63,592 nucleotides of DNA, filler included, from Octopus bimaculoides (GCF_001194135.2; 9 parts of 8 records of this genome joined end to end with filler, not necessarily neighbours in it); one strand, 5' to 3'; counted from the whole stretch's first letter, positions 1 through 12,036 are shown. Made by a program: numbers and translations. The notes: generated by a model not told the origin, from the letters alone.

Positions 1-376
1 TCTTCAGCTCTAGTGTTGGGTGCATGTCTTTTTTCACTGTTTGTGACTGTTCTGATTCAACTGTGGAATGTCCCTCGCTATGGTTATTTTCCAGGATGTT
101 CTGGCCACACGTCTTACGGTTCATCAACCCGCGTTGTTGAATTACTTTCTTCTGACATACCTTCCCTTGGTGGATTAGGATCCAGTTAGCTCAAGACATC
201 ACCAGGAGGAACCACGTCCGGTTTCGGTCCCTACTCCTCTACCGTTTTGATGTACAATTTCGACATTTTTCCTGTCACCTCAACTGCAGACTCGTCACAA
301 CCAATAGCGCCCGTTCTATTAAGACTACTACTTCTTCTAGTACTGCTGCTGTTGCTACCACTGTTGCTAGTTATAT

Positions 377-783
377 GCAGGAGTGGCTGTGTGGTAAGTA
401 GCTTGCTTACCAACCACATGGTTCAGGGTTCAGTCCCACGGCGTGGCACCTTGGGCAAGTGTCTTCTACTATAGCCTCGGGCCGACCAAAGCCTTGTGAG
501 TGGATTTGGTAGACGGAAACTGGAAGAAGTCCGTCGTATATATGTATATATATGTATGTGTTTGTGTGTCTGTGTTTGTCCCCCCCCCAGCATCGCTTGA
601 CAACCGATGCTGGTGTGTTCACGTCCCCGTAACTTAGCGGTTCGGCAAAAAGTAACCCGATAGAATAAGTACTAGGCTTACAAAGAATAAGTCCTGGGGT
701 CGATTTGATTCGACTAAAGGTGGTGCTCCAGCATGGCCGCAGTCAAATGACTGAAACAAGTAAAAGAGTAAAAAAAAAGAGTA
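377..783 (+). mobile_element. tRNA-derived SINE, family A (full length)
   Basis: Head GGAGTGGCTGTGTGGTAAG..GGGTTCAGTCCC (A/B-box-like), CORE-like CCTTGGGCAAG, internal (TA)/(TG) tract, tail CAAATGACTGAAACAAGTAAAAGAG. More than 10 near-copies occur in the window. Confidence 0.9.
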
Positions 784-845
784 TGTATTTACATAAGTAT
801 ACGCATCTATGTATGCATATATGTGTGGTATATACTTATACAGGA

Positions 846-1223
846 GTAGAGGCACAATGGCCCATTGGTTAGAGCAGCGAACTCGCGGTCGTAGGATCGC
901 GGTTTCGATTCCCAGACCGGGCGTTGTGAGTGTTTATTGAGCGAAAACGCCTAAACTTCCACGAGGCTCCGGCAGGGGATGGTGGCGAATCCTGCTGTAC
1001 TGTTTCATCACAACTTTCTCTCATTCTTTCTTCTTGTTTCTGTTGCACCTGTATTTCAAAGGGCCAGCACTGTGTCACGCTGAATATCCCCCCGAGAACT
1101 ACTTTGAGGGTACACGTGTCTGTGGAGTGCTCAGCCACTGGCACATAAATTTTACGAGCAGGCTGTTCCGTTGATCGGATCAACTGGAGCCCTCGTCGTC
1201 GTAACCGACGGAGTGCCAGCAAC
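846..1223 (+). mobile_element. tRNA(Arg-like)-derived SINE, family B (full length)
   Basis: Head AGGCACAATGGCCCATTGGTTAG..GGTTTCGATTCCC; body matches the copies at 1806, 36681 and 54938; 3' hairpins GTTGAT/ATCAAC and CGTCG/CGACG. Confidence 0.9.
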
Positions 1224-1579
1224 TTATATAGGAAGAAAGTGGGTGTTTGAAGCGAAGTGATAACGAAAGAACGAGAGAGAAAGAGAACGAGCAAGAATTA
1301 GACAGGGAGTGAGACTAAATGAGGCTCTGACGATGCGGATGGGCGAGGATTCCAATGTCAATTCGTCAAAATACATGAGAAGATGAGAAAAGATGGCTGT
1401 ATATATGACAGAATTTAATGGGATTTCTGTTGTATCACAAAAGGTCAGAGATCAAAGTTGAAAAATGAATGAGAGTTCGGAAAAAGGAATTAAACGGCAA
1501 AAGAGTTCTGTAGACTTTTAGAATCCTTTCGATTCGGTGTCGATGAAGGTTATCATCAAATTAAATGTATCTTTAAGAT

Positions 1580-1800
1580 CTTTTCTTTCACTGGTTTCAG
1601 TCACTGGACTGCAGCCATGCTGGGGCACCATCTTGGAGGGTTACGTCGAACAACTTGACCCCAGTAATTATTTCTATTTTTTTTTATAGTCTGGTAGTTA
1701 TCCTATCGGTGTCCTTTGTCTAATCGCTAATCTTCGGTGACGTAAGCCAACTAACACCGGTTGTCAAGCGTTGGGGGCACAAACACACATACACACACAT
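1580..1800 (-). mobile_element. SINE family A-related 3' half (diverged)
   Basis: Reverse complement resembles the family A tail (GGTTTCAGTCA..GCCATGCTGGGGCACC..GACCCCAG..GGTTGTCAAGCG). Confidence 0.7.
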
Positions 1801-1805
1801 TGTTT

Positions 1806-1997
1806 TGTTGGCACTCCGTCAGTTACGACGACGAGGGTTCCAGTTGATCCGATCAACGGAACAGCCTGCTCGTGAAATTAACGTGCAAGTGGCTGAGCAC
1901 TCCACAGACACGTGTACCCTTAACGTAGTACTCGGGGTAGATTCGCCGTGACACAGAGTGTGACAAGGTGGGCCCTTTGAAATACAGGTAGAACAGG
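1806..1997 (-). mobile_element. SINE family B, 5'-truncated
   Basis: Near-exact reverse complement of ~1040-1223. Confidence 0.9.
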
Positions 1998-2304
1998 TAT
2001 AATAGTAAAAATAATTGTGAAAGTTATTGGCTGAAAGGAAATTGTATGGAAGCCCGAAGAAAGGTCACTACTTATTCTCGGCTGGTAGACAAAGATTTTT
2101 TACACAGTGGAACATCTCCCTCTCACCGATTGGTTGCCTTTCCAGAGTGCATTCTGCTATAAAATTTGGAACTGTTTCTAACCCGGAGGTAGCTTAAGAA
2201 TCGTGGTCTCTTGCTTTTTTTCCCACACCAATTTTGGAAGCCCTACAAATGAAAGGGTCTACTGCCTTTCATGTTCAATGTCACCACAAAATAAACTCAA
2301 TCAT

Positions 2305-2680
2305 TTCTAATATTGGCACAAGGCCTGAAATTTGGGGAGGAGGGGGTTATCGATTACATCGACACCAGTATTTGACTGGTACTTATTTTATCGACTCCGA
2401 AAGGATGAAATGCTAAGTCGACCAGGTTGGGAACTGAAATCCGAACGAAAAGAAGGACGCTGAGCAGTTTGTCTGGCGTGTTAACGATTCTGCCAGCAGC
2501 TCATTGATAATCGCAAAAATAATTCTTTCTAATATGGGCACAAGGCCTGCAAGTTTCAAAGAGAGCGAAGTCGATAATATCGATTTAAGTACTTCATTCG
2601 TACTTTATTTTTTATCGACCCCAAAATGATGAATAGCAAAACTGATTTTGGCAGGATTTAGACGCAGGACTCATGAAAGA
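2305..2680 (-). mobile_element. Two tandem diverged SINE family C copies (~2305-2500, ~2525-2680)
   Basis: Both carry GGCACAAGGCCTG..CGAT..TCGA..TACTT..TTTATCGAC.C..AA.GATGAA, the minus-strand family C signature. Confidence 0.75.
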
Positions 2681-3685
2681 GAACAATATATTATAATTGT
2701 ATGTAATTTAGGAAGCAAACCTGAAGATCNNNNNNNNNNNNNNNNNNNNNNNNNNNNNNNNNNNNNNNNNNNNNNNNNNNNNNNNNNNNNNNNNNNNNNN
2801 NNNNNNNNNNNNNNNNNNNNNNNNNNNNNNNNNNNNNNNNNNNNNNNNNNNNNNNNNNNNNNNNNNNNNNNNNNNNNNNNNNNNNNNNNNNNNNNNNNNN
2901 NNNNNNNNNNNNNNNNNNNNNNNNNNNNNNNNNNNNNNNNNNNNNNNNNNNNNNNNNNNNNNNNNNNNNNNNNNNNNNNNNNNNNNNNNNNNNNNNNNNN
3001 NNNNNNNNNNNNNNNNNNNNNNNNNNNNNNNNNNNNNNNNNNNNNNNNNNNNNNNNNNNNNNNNNNNNNNNNNNNNNNNNNNNNNNNNNNNNNNNNNNNN
3101 NNNNNNNNNNNNNNNNNNNNNNNNNNNNNNNNNNNNNNNNNNNNNNNNNNNNNNNNNNNNNNNNNNNNNNNNNNNNNNNNNNNNNNNNNNNNNNNNNNNN
3201 NNNNNNNNNNNNNNNNNNNNNNNNNNNNNNNNNNNNNNNNNNNNNNNNNNNNNNNNNNNNNNNNNNNNNNNNNNNNNNNNNNNNNNNNNNNNNNNNNNNN
3301 NNNNNNNNNNNNNNNNNNNNNNNNNNNNNNNNNNNNNNNNNNNNNNNNNNNNNNNNNNNNNNNNNNNNNNNNNNNNNNNNNNNNNNNNNNNNNNNNNNNN
3401 NNNNNNNNNNNNNNNNNNNNNNNNNNNNNNNNNNNNNNNNNNNNNNNNNNNNNNNNNNNNNNNNNNNNNNNNNNNNNNNNNNNNNNNNNNNNNNNNNNNN
3501 NNNNNNNNNNNNNNNNNNNNNNNNNNNNNNNNNNNNNNNNNNNNNNNNNNNNNNNNNNNNNNNNNNNNNNNNNNNNNNNNNNNNNNNNNNNNNNNNNNNN
3601 NNNNNNNNNNNNNNNNNNNNNNNNNNNNNNNNNNNNNNNNNNNNNNNNNNNNNNNNGAGAGAAGTAGGGAGAGAGAGAGACAGAG

Positions 3686-3727
<42 letters not shown>

Positions 3728-4511
3728 GAGGAGTAAGATGGACAGTAAAGATAGACAAAACGGCGGACAGATAGATAGACAGATAGATAGATAGAGAAAC
3801 AGATAGATAGAAAAAAAGATAGACAGGTAGACAGACAGACAGATAGATAGATGGATGGATAGATATGTAAGCGAAGGGTTAGACGAATATCTATAGACAC
3901 AACTACAGCTCACCAATCTGGTACTTTTAAACAGAGTACCAAAGATTTTAGATTACATCAGAGAAAACTGACCCCCGATCTGATTGTGATAAAAACACCT
4001 CTACATACACACACAGACACGTATACACGCATGCACGCGTGTAGCAGAGATCGGCTCAAGTTTGTGAGTTAGTCGGTACTCGGGGTTGTACAATTCTTGG
4101 AGATATCCAAAGCACCTTTGAAATGGGAAAAGAATGCAGTTAAAGAAACAGCGTAAAATATTGCTCCGGTGCTCTTTCGAATTTCTCAATCACACAACGC
4201 AAACGCAAAAGTGAAGGGGAAATATGAAAAAGACAGAACATTTTAGATGCTCGTGAAGATGAGAGAGTTACGAACATAAAAGAATAATGAGCGTTTGTTT
4301 TCTCAAGAATTCTTGGAAGTAACGGATAGAAAGAGGTGGGGGAGAGAGAATTAGAGAGAGAGAGAAAGAATAGAGAGGAATGTGAGTTCATATGTAATAA
4401 ATATACGAATATCTATCTGTCTGTCTGTCTGTCTATTATCTATCCATGTATGCATACATACACACACACACACCTAAACATATATATACATATATATATT
4501 CATATATAAAT

Positions 4512-4556
<45 letters not shown>

Positions 4557-4696
4557 CATTCATGTATGTATATATATGCATGCATATATATATATANNNN
4601 NNNNNNNNNNNNNNNNNNNNNNNNNNNNNNNNNNNNNNNNTTAATTAATTAANNNNNNNNNNNNNNNNNNNNNNNNNNNNNNNNNNNNNNNNNNNN

Positions 4697-4737
<41 letters not shown>

Positions 4738-5537
4738 GTATGTATATATGTATGTATGTATGTATATGTGTGAGTGTATACAATTAAAAAAGAATGTAAT
4801 GATACATTACGAAGGATATATCATAAACAATTAATAATTATTTATGAATATATCAATGGCCAAATGTATAATTATAAATGTCATAAAAGAAGAGTGTTTA
4901 TAGTTATGAATAAATCACAATTATAACGGAGAGGCTTGCAAAAACCCTTGCATGTCTAGAAATAGCAGTCAAAATCACTATAAACCCACTATTAACATTC
5001 AAATTGTATCTCTTCAAAATAAAGCTGTCTGCGGGTGACATGACATATAAAATCCACAATTTAAAAATGAAAGGTTAAATCTCTATTGCAATTTCGAGGT
5101 TAGGAACCTATTATATCATATTATTTACCGTACCGTAGTCCCTGATGGTAAATTATCTGCTCTTGACATATTGGGCTTTTAGACTATTTGTCAAGGCCAT
5201 GTTTGCTTTCCTTTTCTTTCTTCCATTTGTCTATATCATATGCTCTTGTTTTTCACTCTGATGAAGGTCCGTTGCCTTATTTCAAATGCCCTATGAAGAT
5301 GATGAACTTTATTCTCGCATATATTTATAGACTGTATTTTGGCAATCCTATTAGTAATGGCCGTGATATGTTACGTCACCTATTTTGTTATGTCATGCTT
5401 TGTATTAAAAAAATAGGCTATAAATGTGGTCCAACTGATGTGTTGGTTAATCTGTGGTTTTCTCCATTTTCTAATTATTCGCATTGGTTCCTGACAAACT
5501 CTTGTTCATCCTGTTGTTATTTGCACTCTACGTGTAG

Positions 5538-5896
5538 GCGTAGGAGTGGCTGTGTGGTAAGTAGCTTGCTTACGAACCACATGGTTCCGGGTTCAGTCCC
5601 ACTGCGTGGCACCTTGGGCAAGTGTCTTCTACTGTAGCTTCGGGCCGACCAAAACCTTGTGAGTGGATTTGGTAGACGGAAACTGAAAGAAAACCCGTCG
5701 TATATATCTACATATGTGTGTATGCCTATATGTTTGTGTGTCTGTGTTTGTCCCCCCAACATCGCTTGACAACCGATGCTGGTGTGTTTACGTCCCCGTA
5801 ACTTAGCGGTTCGGCAAAAGAGACCGATAGAATAAGTACTAGGCTTACAAAGAATAAGTCCTGGGGTCGATTTACTCAACTAAAGGTGGTGCTCCA
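5538..5896 (+). mobile_element. SINE family A (3' end lost in gap)
   Basis: High identity to 377-730. Confidence 0.9.
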
Positions 5897-6973
5897 NNNN
5901 NNNNNNNNNNNNNNNNNNNNNNNNNNNNNNNNNNNNNNNNNNNNNNNNNNNNNNNNNNNNNNNNNNNNNNNNNNNNNNNNNNNNNNNNNNNNNNNNNNNN
6001 NNNNNNNNNNNNNNNNNNNNNNNNNNNNNNNNNNNNNNNNNNNNNNNNNNNNNNNNNNNNNNNNNNNNNNNNNNNTATATATATATATATATATATATAT
6101 ATGGAGAGACGGATCAGTAAGCTGGAGATTTTGCATCCACTATATTACATATGTGAGGTGCTACTACATTTGCATTTACTAAATAGAAGGCTCCCTTGAG
6201 AGATTATTCGACCTTGGCCATATTAATGATCGTAATTCCTTTTACTTTTATACGTATTACGCTTAGTTTTTTTCCGAGCAGAATATGCTTCGCTGAGGAA
6301 GTTTAATAATAACGAAACATCTCCGTTGATTTTATCAAGAAGACTTAAAGACCAGATCCACTCCAATCTGCATCGTCTATATTATCCGAACATTTAGATC
6401 AACATATCTCATTACTGTTACCTCTCTTGCTTATTGATCTAAAATTTTAATCACTTCTGGAAGGTACTTTGTCTACTACTTGTATGTTTAATCAACATTC
6501 TTAACTGACTATATTACGTTTGTGTCTTACTAACACTTTACGTTCATATTCTGTCTATCTCAAATTTTTTATACTATTACAACACTAAGTACGATCCTTC
6601 CAGCATGACATTATTTCAAATTTAATACAATATTCAACACACACACAAATTCATATACATACACACATCAATTCATACAAACACGTACACATGCTACTTT
6701 GTACGCCAATGATCATTACACGATTCTACTTACCCTTAGTAACACAATGCCATAGTCGTACATAGCTGTTGGATCTTCAGTTGCTGCACTTTCTCGGAAA
6801 TATTCCATTGCTGATTCCATATTCCTTTTCAGGCCTTGTGCTCCCCAATATAATGCTCGGCCAATACGTAACTATAAAAATAAACATAGAGATGGGAATT
6901 TATATGTTAAAAAACATTAACATAACTGATTTTGGACATTCATGTATGTTTCATTATGATAATCCCCATCATC

Positions 6974-7200
6974 AGGCGGCGAGCTGGCAGAATCGTTAGC
7001 ACGCCGGGCGAAATGCTTAGCCTAACCCTAACCCTAATTTCACCCGTTGTTACTTTCTGAGTTCAAATTCCGCCGAGATTGCCTTTGCTTTTCATCCTTT
7101 CGAGTCAATAAATTAAGTACCAGTTGAGTACTGAGGTCGATGTGAACGACTGTCCTCATCTCCACAAAATCCAGGCCTTGTACCTAGAGTAGAAAGGATT
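6974..7200 (+). mobile_element. tRNA-derived SINE, family C, carrying a telomeric-repeat insertion
   Basis: Head GGCGGCGAGCTGGCAGAATCGTTAGC..GAGTTCAAATTCC (A/B-box-like); tail CCTTGTACCTAGAGTAGAAAGG. Confidence 0.9.
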
Positions 7201-7217
7201 ATTATAATCCGCATCAT

Positions 7218-7432
7218 AAAGCGGCGAGCTGGCAGAATCGTTAGCATGCTGGACGAAATGCTGAGCGGTATTTCGCCCGTCGCTACATTCTGTGTTCAAA
7301 TTCCACCGAGGTCGACTTTGCCTTTCATCCTTTCGGAGTCGATAAAAATAAGTACCAGTTGAACGCTGGGGTCGATATAATCGACTCATCCCCACCTCCC
7401 ACAAGTTGTCCTTATGGCAAAAATTTGAAATA
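7218..7432 (+). mobile_element. SINE family C
   Basis: Tandem copy of 6974-7200 with the alternative tail (AAAATTTGAAA). Confidence 0.9.
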
Positions 7433-7644
7433 ATTATTATAATCACCATCATGATTTTTGCGTAAGTTGTTCATATTTGCATGCACTGTATATTGTGCAT
7501 ATTGTACATGTAGGGAAGTGGTCACTCCCATCTCACAAAAAAAAATCCATTTATACCACTTTCCGTGTTTTGCTTTGATCGTCCCCTACTGCAGATATTT
7601 TCCACTCATTTACACTAAGCAATTATTGTTCATTTACATCTCAA

Positions 7645-7860
7645 TTCTTTTCTACTCTAGGCACAAGGCCCGAAATTTTGGCGGAGGGGACCTGTCGATT
7701 AGATCGACCTCAGTACGCAACTAATACTTAATTTATCGATCCCGAAAGGATGAAGGGTAAAGTCGACCTCGGCAGAATTTGAACTCAGAACGTAAAGACA
7801 GACGAAATACCGCTAAGCATTTCGCCCGGCGTGCTAACGTTTCTGACAGGTCGCCGCCTT
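7645..7860 (-). mobile_element. SINE family C
   Basis: Reverse complement of the family C consensus, full length. Confidence 0.9.
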
Positions 7861-8179
7861 TGCCTACTAGCACAATTGTTTCTTCTCTGTACTTAGGGCT
7901 ATACTTTTAAGTGTCACGTCGCAGGAGCGAAACTGGAATTATGTAATTTCAAAGTGATTTTTTTTTTACCTAACACGGACACAGAGAATAGTTAAAAATG
8001 AAAAGAAAACGTCCTTGCATTGAAAATAATTGTATTGACCTTTGGGTTTGACATTCTTTTTCTGACTCTATTGAAAATTTCTACGAGGACGAAATGCAAA
8101 CCATTGTTTAGAAAAATTGACAACAAATGAGTTATGAATTTTTAAAAACTGAAATATTTGAAAAAGCAAAAACAGAAAT

Positions 8180-8391
8180 TGGTGAGGTGGCAGAAATATT
8201 AACACGTCGGGCAAAATGCTTAGCGGCATTTCGTCTGTCTTTACGTTCTGAGTTCACATCCCGCTGGGGTCGACTTTGCCTTCCATCCTTTCTGGGTCGA
8301 TAAAATAAGTACCAGTTACGCACTGGGTCGATGTAATCGAATTACCTTCTCCCTCGAACTTGCTGGCTTTGTACCAAAATTTGAAACCAAT
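8180..8391 (+). mobile_element. SINE family C
   Basis: Family C body with tail GTACCAAAATTTGAAACCAAT. Confidence 0.85.
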
Positions 8392-8636
8392 ATTTTATGG
8401 AAAGTTCCAGAATCTTTTTTTTTTTCTCCTTTTTACTTTTAATATTTTTTGTTGTATTGTTTTCGAAACGTGAATATCACAATCACAACAAATTTTTATT
8501 TTTTTTAGAAAATAATGATAAAAATATTGCAAANNNNNNNNNNNNNNNNNNNNNNNNNNNNNNNNNNNNNNNNNNNNTTAATTAATTAANNNNNNNNNNN
8601 NNNNNNNNNNNNNNNNNNNNNNNNNNNNNNNNNAGG

Positions 8637-8845
8637 TATGTGTGTGTGTGTGTGTGTGTGTCTGTGTCTGTGTTTATCCTCACTCCGATGTTGGTGTGTT
8701 TAAGTCCGCGTAACTTAGCAGTTTGGCAAAAGAGACCGACAGACTAGGTACTAGGCTTACAAACATAAGTCCTGGAGTCAATTTATTCGACTAAAGACGG
8801 TGCTCCAGCATGGCAGCAATCAAATGGCTGAAACAAGTAAAAGAA
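8637..8845 (+). mobile_element. SINE family A 3' half
   Basis: Matches 560-770; ends in the (TA)n tract that hosts the mariner. Confidence 0.85.
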
Positions 8846-8875
8846 TATATATATATATATATATATAAATATATA

Positions 8876-10113
8876 TTGGGTCATCCCATATATAATGCGG
8901 TTTTTTCAATTGCATGAACTACGAATCGGAAGGGCGCGGGATAATTATCTGCATCACCTTGCTATAAGAGTAGGTAGTGATTTTAATTTTATACTTATTT
9001 TAGTAAAGTGCGCAGTTCGGTTTTAACAGTTACTTTTTCAAAGCTATAATGTAAGTGACAAAGGGGCATATTCGGCATATTTTACTGTATGAGTTCAGTA
9101 GAAACATCAACGCAACGGAAAGTGCGAGGAATCTTAATGCAGTAGAAAGGGATCGGCCAATAAGCGTAAGCCAGTGTCAACGGTTACTCCAGAAATTCCG
9201 AGCCGGAGACTGAGCCTCATCTAGGAAGATCTGTTGAGCTCGACGAGGACGTCGTGCACACCCTGGTGGAGCAAAATCCCATCGTAATTGTTGAGCAGAG
9301 ATTTAGTCATTGAACCGTTCATCGACACATGCGTACCATAAGAAAAGTCAGCAAATTGGGTGAATAGGTTCCTCACAAATTTCTGAGTCTAATCACACGC
9401 GGAGAATGAATGTGTTCTCTTCTTTGCATGTCACGTCTGACGAATGAAGCTTTTTTGGAACCGAATAGTGGCTGGTGACGAGAAATGGGTTCTCCTAAAA
9501 AACATGGCAAGTGCCGAAGACAGTGAGAAAGGAGAAACACCGGCACCTCAGGCTAAAGAAGGCATCTTCACCTACGTAAGATGTTGCTATCTGTTTGGTG
9601 GGATATGAAAGGTTTAGTTCACTTTGAACATTCAAACCTAAAAAACGTTAACAAAGGAGATCTACTGCGAGCAGCCTGAGCGGCTTAAGTTATCGCTAGA
9701 AGAAGAACGACCATCGTTGGTTTCAAAAGGTGAGGTCTTCTTCCATCAGGTTAATGCTTGGCCACATGCAGCGAGAATGACATTCCAAAGGCTAGGGCAG
9801 TTTGAATGGGAAACGATGCCCCATCCATCATATTCGGCGGACATTGCCCATCTGATTATCATATTCCGCAATCTTCAAAATCATTTGGACGGAAAAAAAA
9901 CATGAATTATGTAGACGAGGTCAAAACAGTAGTGGAGGAGTATTTTTCGTCACGGATAAGTGAATTTTGGAAGAGGGGCTTTCAAGTTTACCAGATACAT
10001 GGAAGAGCATTGTAGAAAATGAAGGAGAATGTATTTTAGATTTAAAAAGTTTGTTTATTCTAATTTTGAAAAATAATAGAATTAAAAACAGCATTATTTA
10101 TGGGATAACCCAA
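8876..10113 (+). mobile_element. Full-length decayed mariner (DD34D-type) transposon, 1238 bp
   Basis: Imperfect ~35-bp TIRs TTGGGTCATCCCATATATAATGCGGTTTT / AAAACAGCATTATTTATGGGATAACCCAA, with TA on both sides (8874-75, 10114-15). Confidence 0.93.
9049..10045 (+). pseudogene. Mariner transposase pseudogene
   Basis: HIRHILLYEF N-terminus, a VPH motif, GDEKW, SVWWD, HQVNAWPH (HDNAxPH), HPSYSADIA/PSDYH (YSPDLAPSDY) and SSLPDTWKSIVENEG; several stops and frameshifts. Confidence 0.92.
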
Positions 10114-10358
10114 TATATATGTATATATATATATATNNNNNNNNNNNNNNNNNNNNNNNNNNNNNNNNNNNNNNNNNNNNNNNNNNNNNNNNNNNNNNNN
10201 NNNNNNNNNNNNNNNNNNNNNNNNNNNNNNNNNNNNNNNNNNNNNNNNNNNNNNNNNNNNNNNNNNNNNNNNNNNNNNNNNNNNNNNNNNNNNNNNNNNN
10301 NNNNNNNNNNNNNNNNNNNNNNNNNNNNNNNNNNNNNNNNNNNNNNNNNNNNNNNNNN

Positions 10359-10405
<47 letters not shown>

Positions 10406-10406
10406 G

Positions 10407-10587
10407 GGAGAATATACAAATAATAACAACAGACGAGGACAGGTGGTGTAAATAACAAAAGTATATATTAGTATGACGCTCGGGAATACGGAAAGTCTTT
10501 GACGTTTCGAGCTACGCTCTTCAACAGAAAGAATACGGAGACAAGGAGAAAAACACGGAGAAAAAAAATTGAGAAAAAAAATTGAAT
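10407..10587 (-). mobile_element. ~180-bp non-coding repeat with a hammerhead-like motif, embedded in (TA)n
   Basis: Near-identical inverted copy at 17453-17625; both copies abut (TA)n. Confidence 0.85.
10496..10532 (-). ncRNA. Putative minimal type I hammerhead ribozyme, variant core
   Basis: UCUUU-CUGUUGA-A-GAGC(GUA)GCUC-GAA-ACGU-C-AAAGA: 5-bp stem I, 4-bp stem II, palindromic ACGU stem III, GUC cleavage triplet. One core deviation (A6U, or C3U in a shifted register). Confidence 0.6.
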
Positions 10588-10618
<31 letters not shown>

Positions 10619-10639
10619 ATACATAAATACATACACACT

Positions 10640-10670
<31 letters not shown>

Positions 10671-11066
10671 TTACCTACACGCACGCATGCACATATATAC
10701 CATCTGATAAAGAGTCGCTGAAATATTATTAAAACGAGTAGCGCACTTCAATCTCTTTGATATATCATCAGTAAAGCGATTTATTTTGGTTATATAATAG
10801 TATTTGATTGCCGATAGTCGTGTACAGACTTTGTAAAGCAAACTACTAGGTTTCAACCCAAAAATAAACATACATACATACATACATACATACATACATA
10901 CATACATACATACATGTATATACACACACATACACAGACATATATACGTTTATGCGTCTGGGTTCACAGTACTATCTATCTATCTGTCTGTCTGTCTGTC
11001 TGTCTATTAATCAATCTATCTATCTATCTATCTATCTATCGATCGATCGATCTATCAATCTATCTA

Positions 11067-11166
<100 letters not shown>

Positions 11167-12036
11167 CTGATACACACCTCCACATGCACAACTGGGTAGC
11201 TGCGTATAAAGTATGTTAAAGAGAGAGGGAGAGAGGGAGAGGAAATTTTATGTTATGTTAGAGTGAGAACGTCACAGCCTTGAAATAAACAGATGGAGAA
11301 ATTTGGTAGATGAAAGCGACAGCGATATTTAACACACGCAATCAAAGTGAGTGAGAGAAAAGGAAAGAGAGAGAGAAAGAGACAGAGAGAGAGAAAGAGA
11401 CAGAGAGAGAGAAAGAGACAGAGAGAGAGAAAGAGACAGAGAGAGAGAGAGAGTGGTGGGAGACAAATAAGAGAATGAGAATATGAGAGAAAGAAGACAA
11501 GGAAAAGAGAACTACTCCATAATACTGCAGAATAAATCAGATAGAGTAAAGAAGCCAGTTAGCGTTAACGAGCGAGAGAAATTGAGCGGTATTTTATTTT
11601 GTATCTTTAGCGGCATCAGTTCGACATACCCGAGACAAAAATTGATGATTATGCAATAGATGTAATAATTTCTGTCTGGCTTATTTAGTGAGAGCGACGT
11701 GACTGACTGCCTGGCTGGCTAGGAACTGATTGATATTGGTAAACAGCGAAATATTGATTTTTTTTCTTTAATATAGTGATTGGCGTACAATTATTATTAT
11801 TATTTATTATTATTATTTGTTTATGTTTGTATTCGTTTATTCTTATATGGATTCATCTGTTGCATCGTCGTCTGTTACGGGTATCAATTGTTTTCCATGA
11901 ATCACAGAAAAATGAAATAAACTTCTCTAAGTTCTTGGTTAAGGACTGAAAACCAAAGACCTACAGGGATTAAAATTAATAATCACAAATATTATAAATG
12001 AAGGCGAATCTTATAACACCTTGAAGGGTTTTAGAT

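Noticed and set aside
846-910. SINE heads as real tRNA genes (families A-D and 17025-17090)
   Set aside because: No complete acceptor stem, and they continue into SINE bodies.
2648-3916. Long ORFs in the track spanning N runs or microsatellites (also around 10.1, 12.6, 16.5, 32.6, 41.2 and 59.3 kb)
   Set aside because: Poly-X or dipeptide repeats produced by gaps and simple repeats.
4641-4652. TTAATTAATTAA centred in ~100-bp N runs (also near 8578, 22419, 27382, 37791, 39634, 55868, 61088)
   Set aside because: Identical, always inside gaps, and encodes stops in all six frames: a scaffolding spacer, not biology.
5258-5290. CTGATGAAGGTCC; also CTGATGACCGAAA near 29575 and TTGACGAAGGGG near 44889
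   Set aside because: Missing GAAA, stem II or stem III respectively.
6933-6975. Minus-strand CUGAUGA..GAAACAU..AUGUC
   Set aside because: No credible stem II and no stem I; the upstream strand is SINE sequence.
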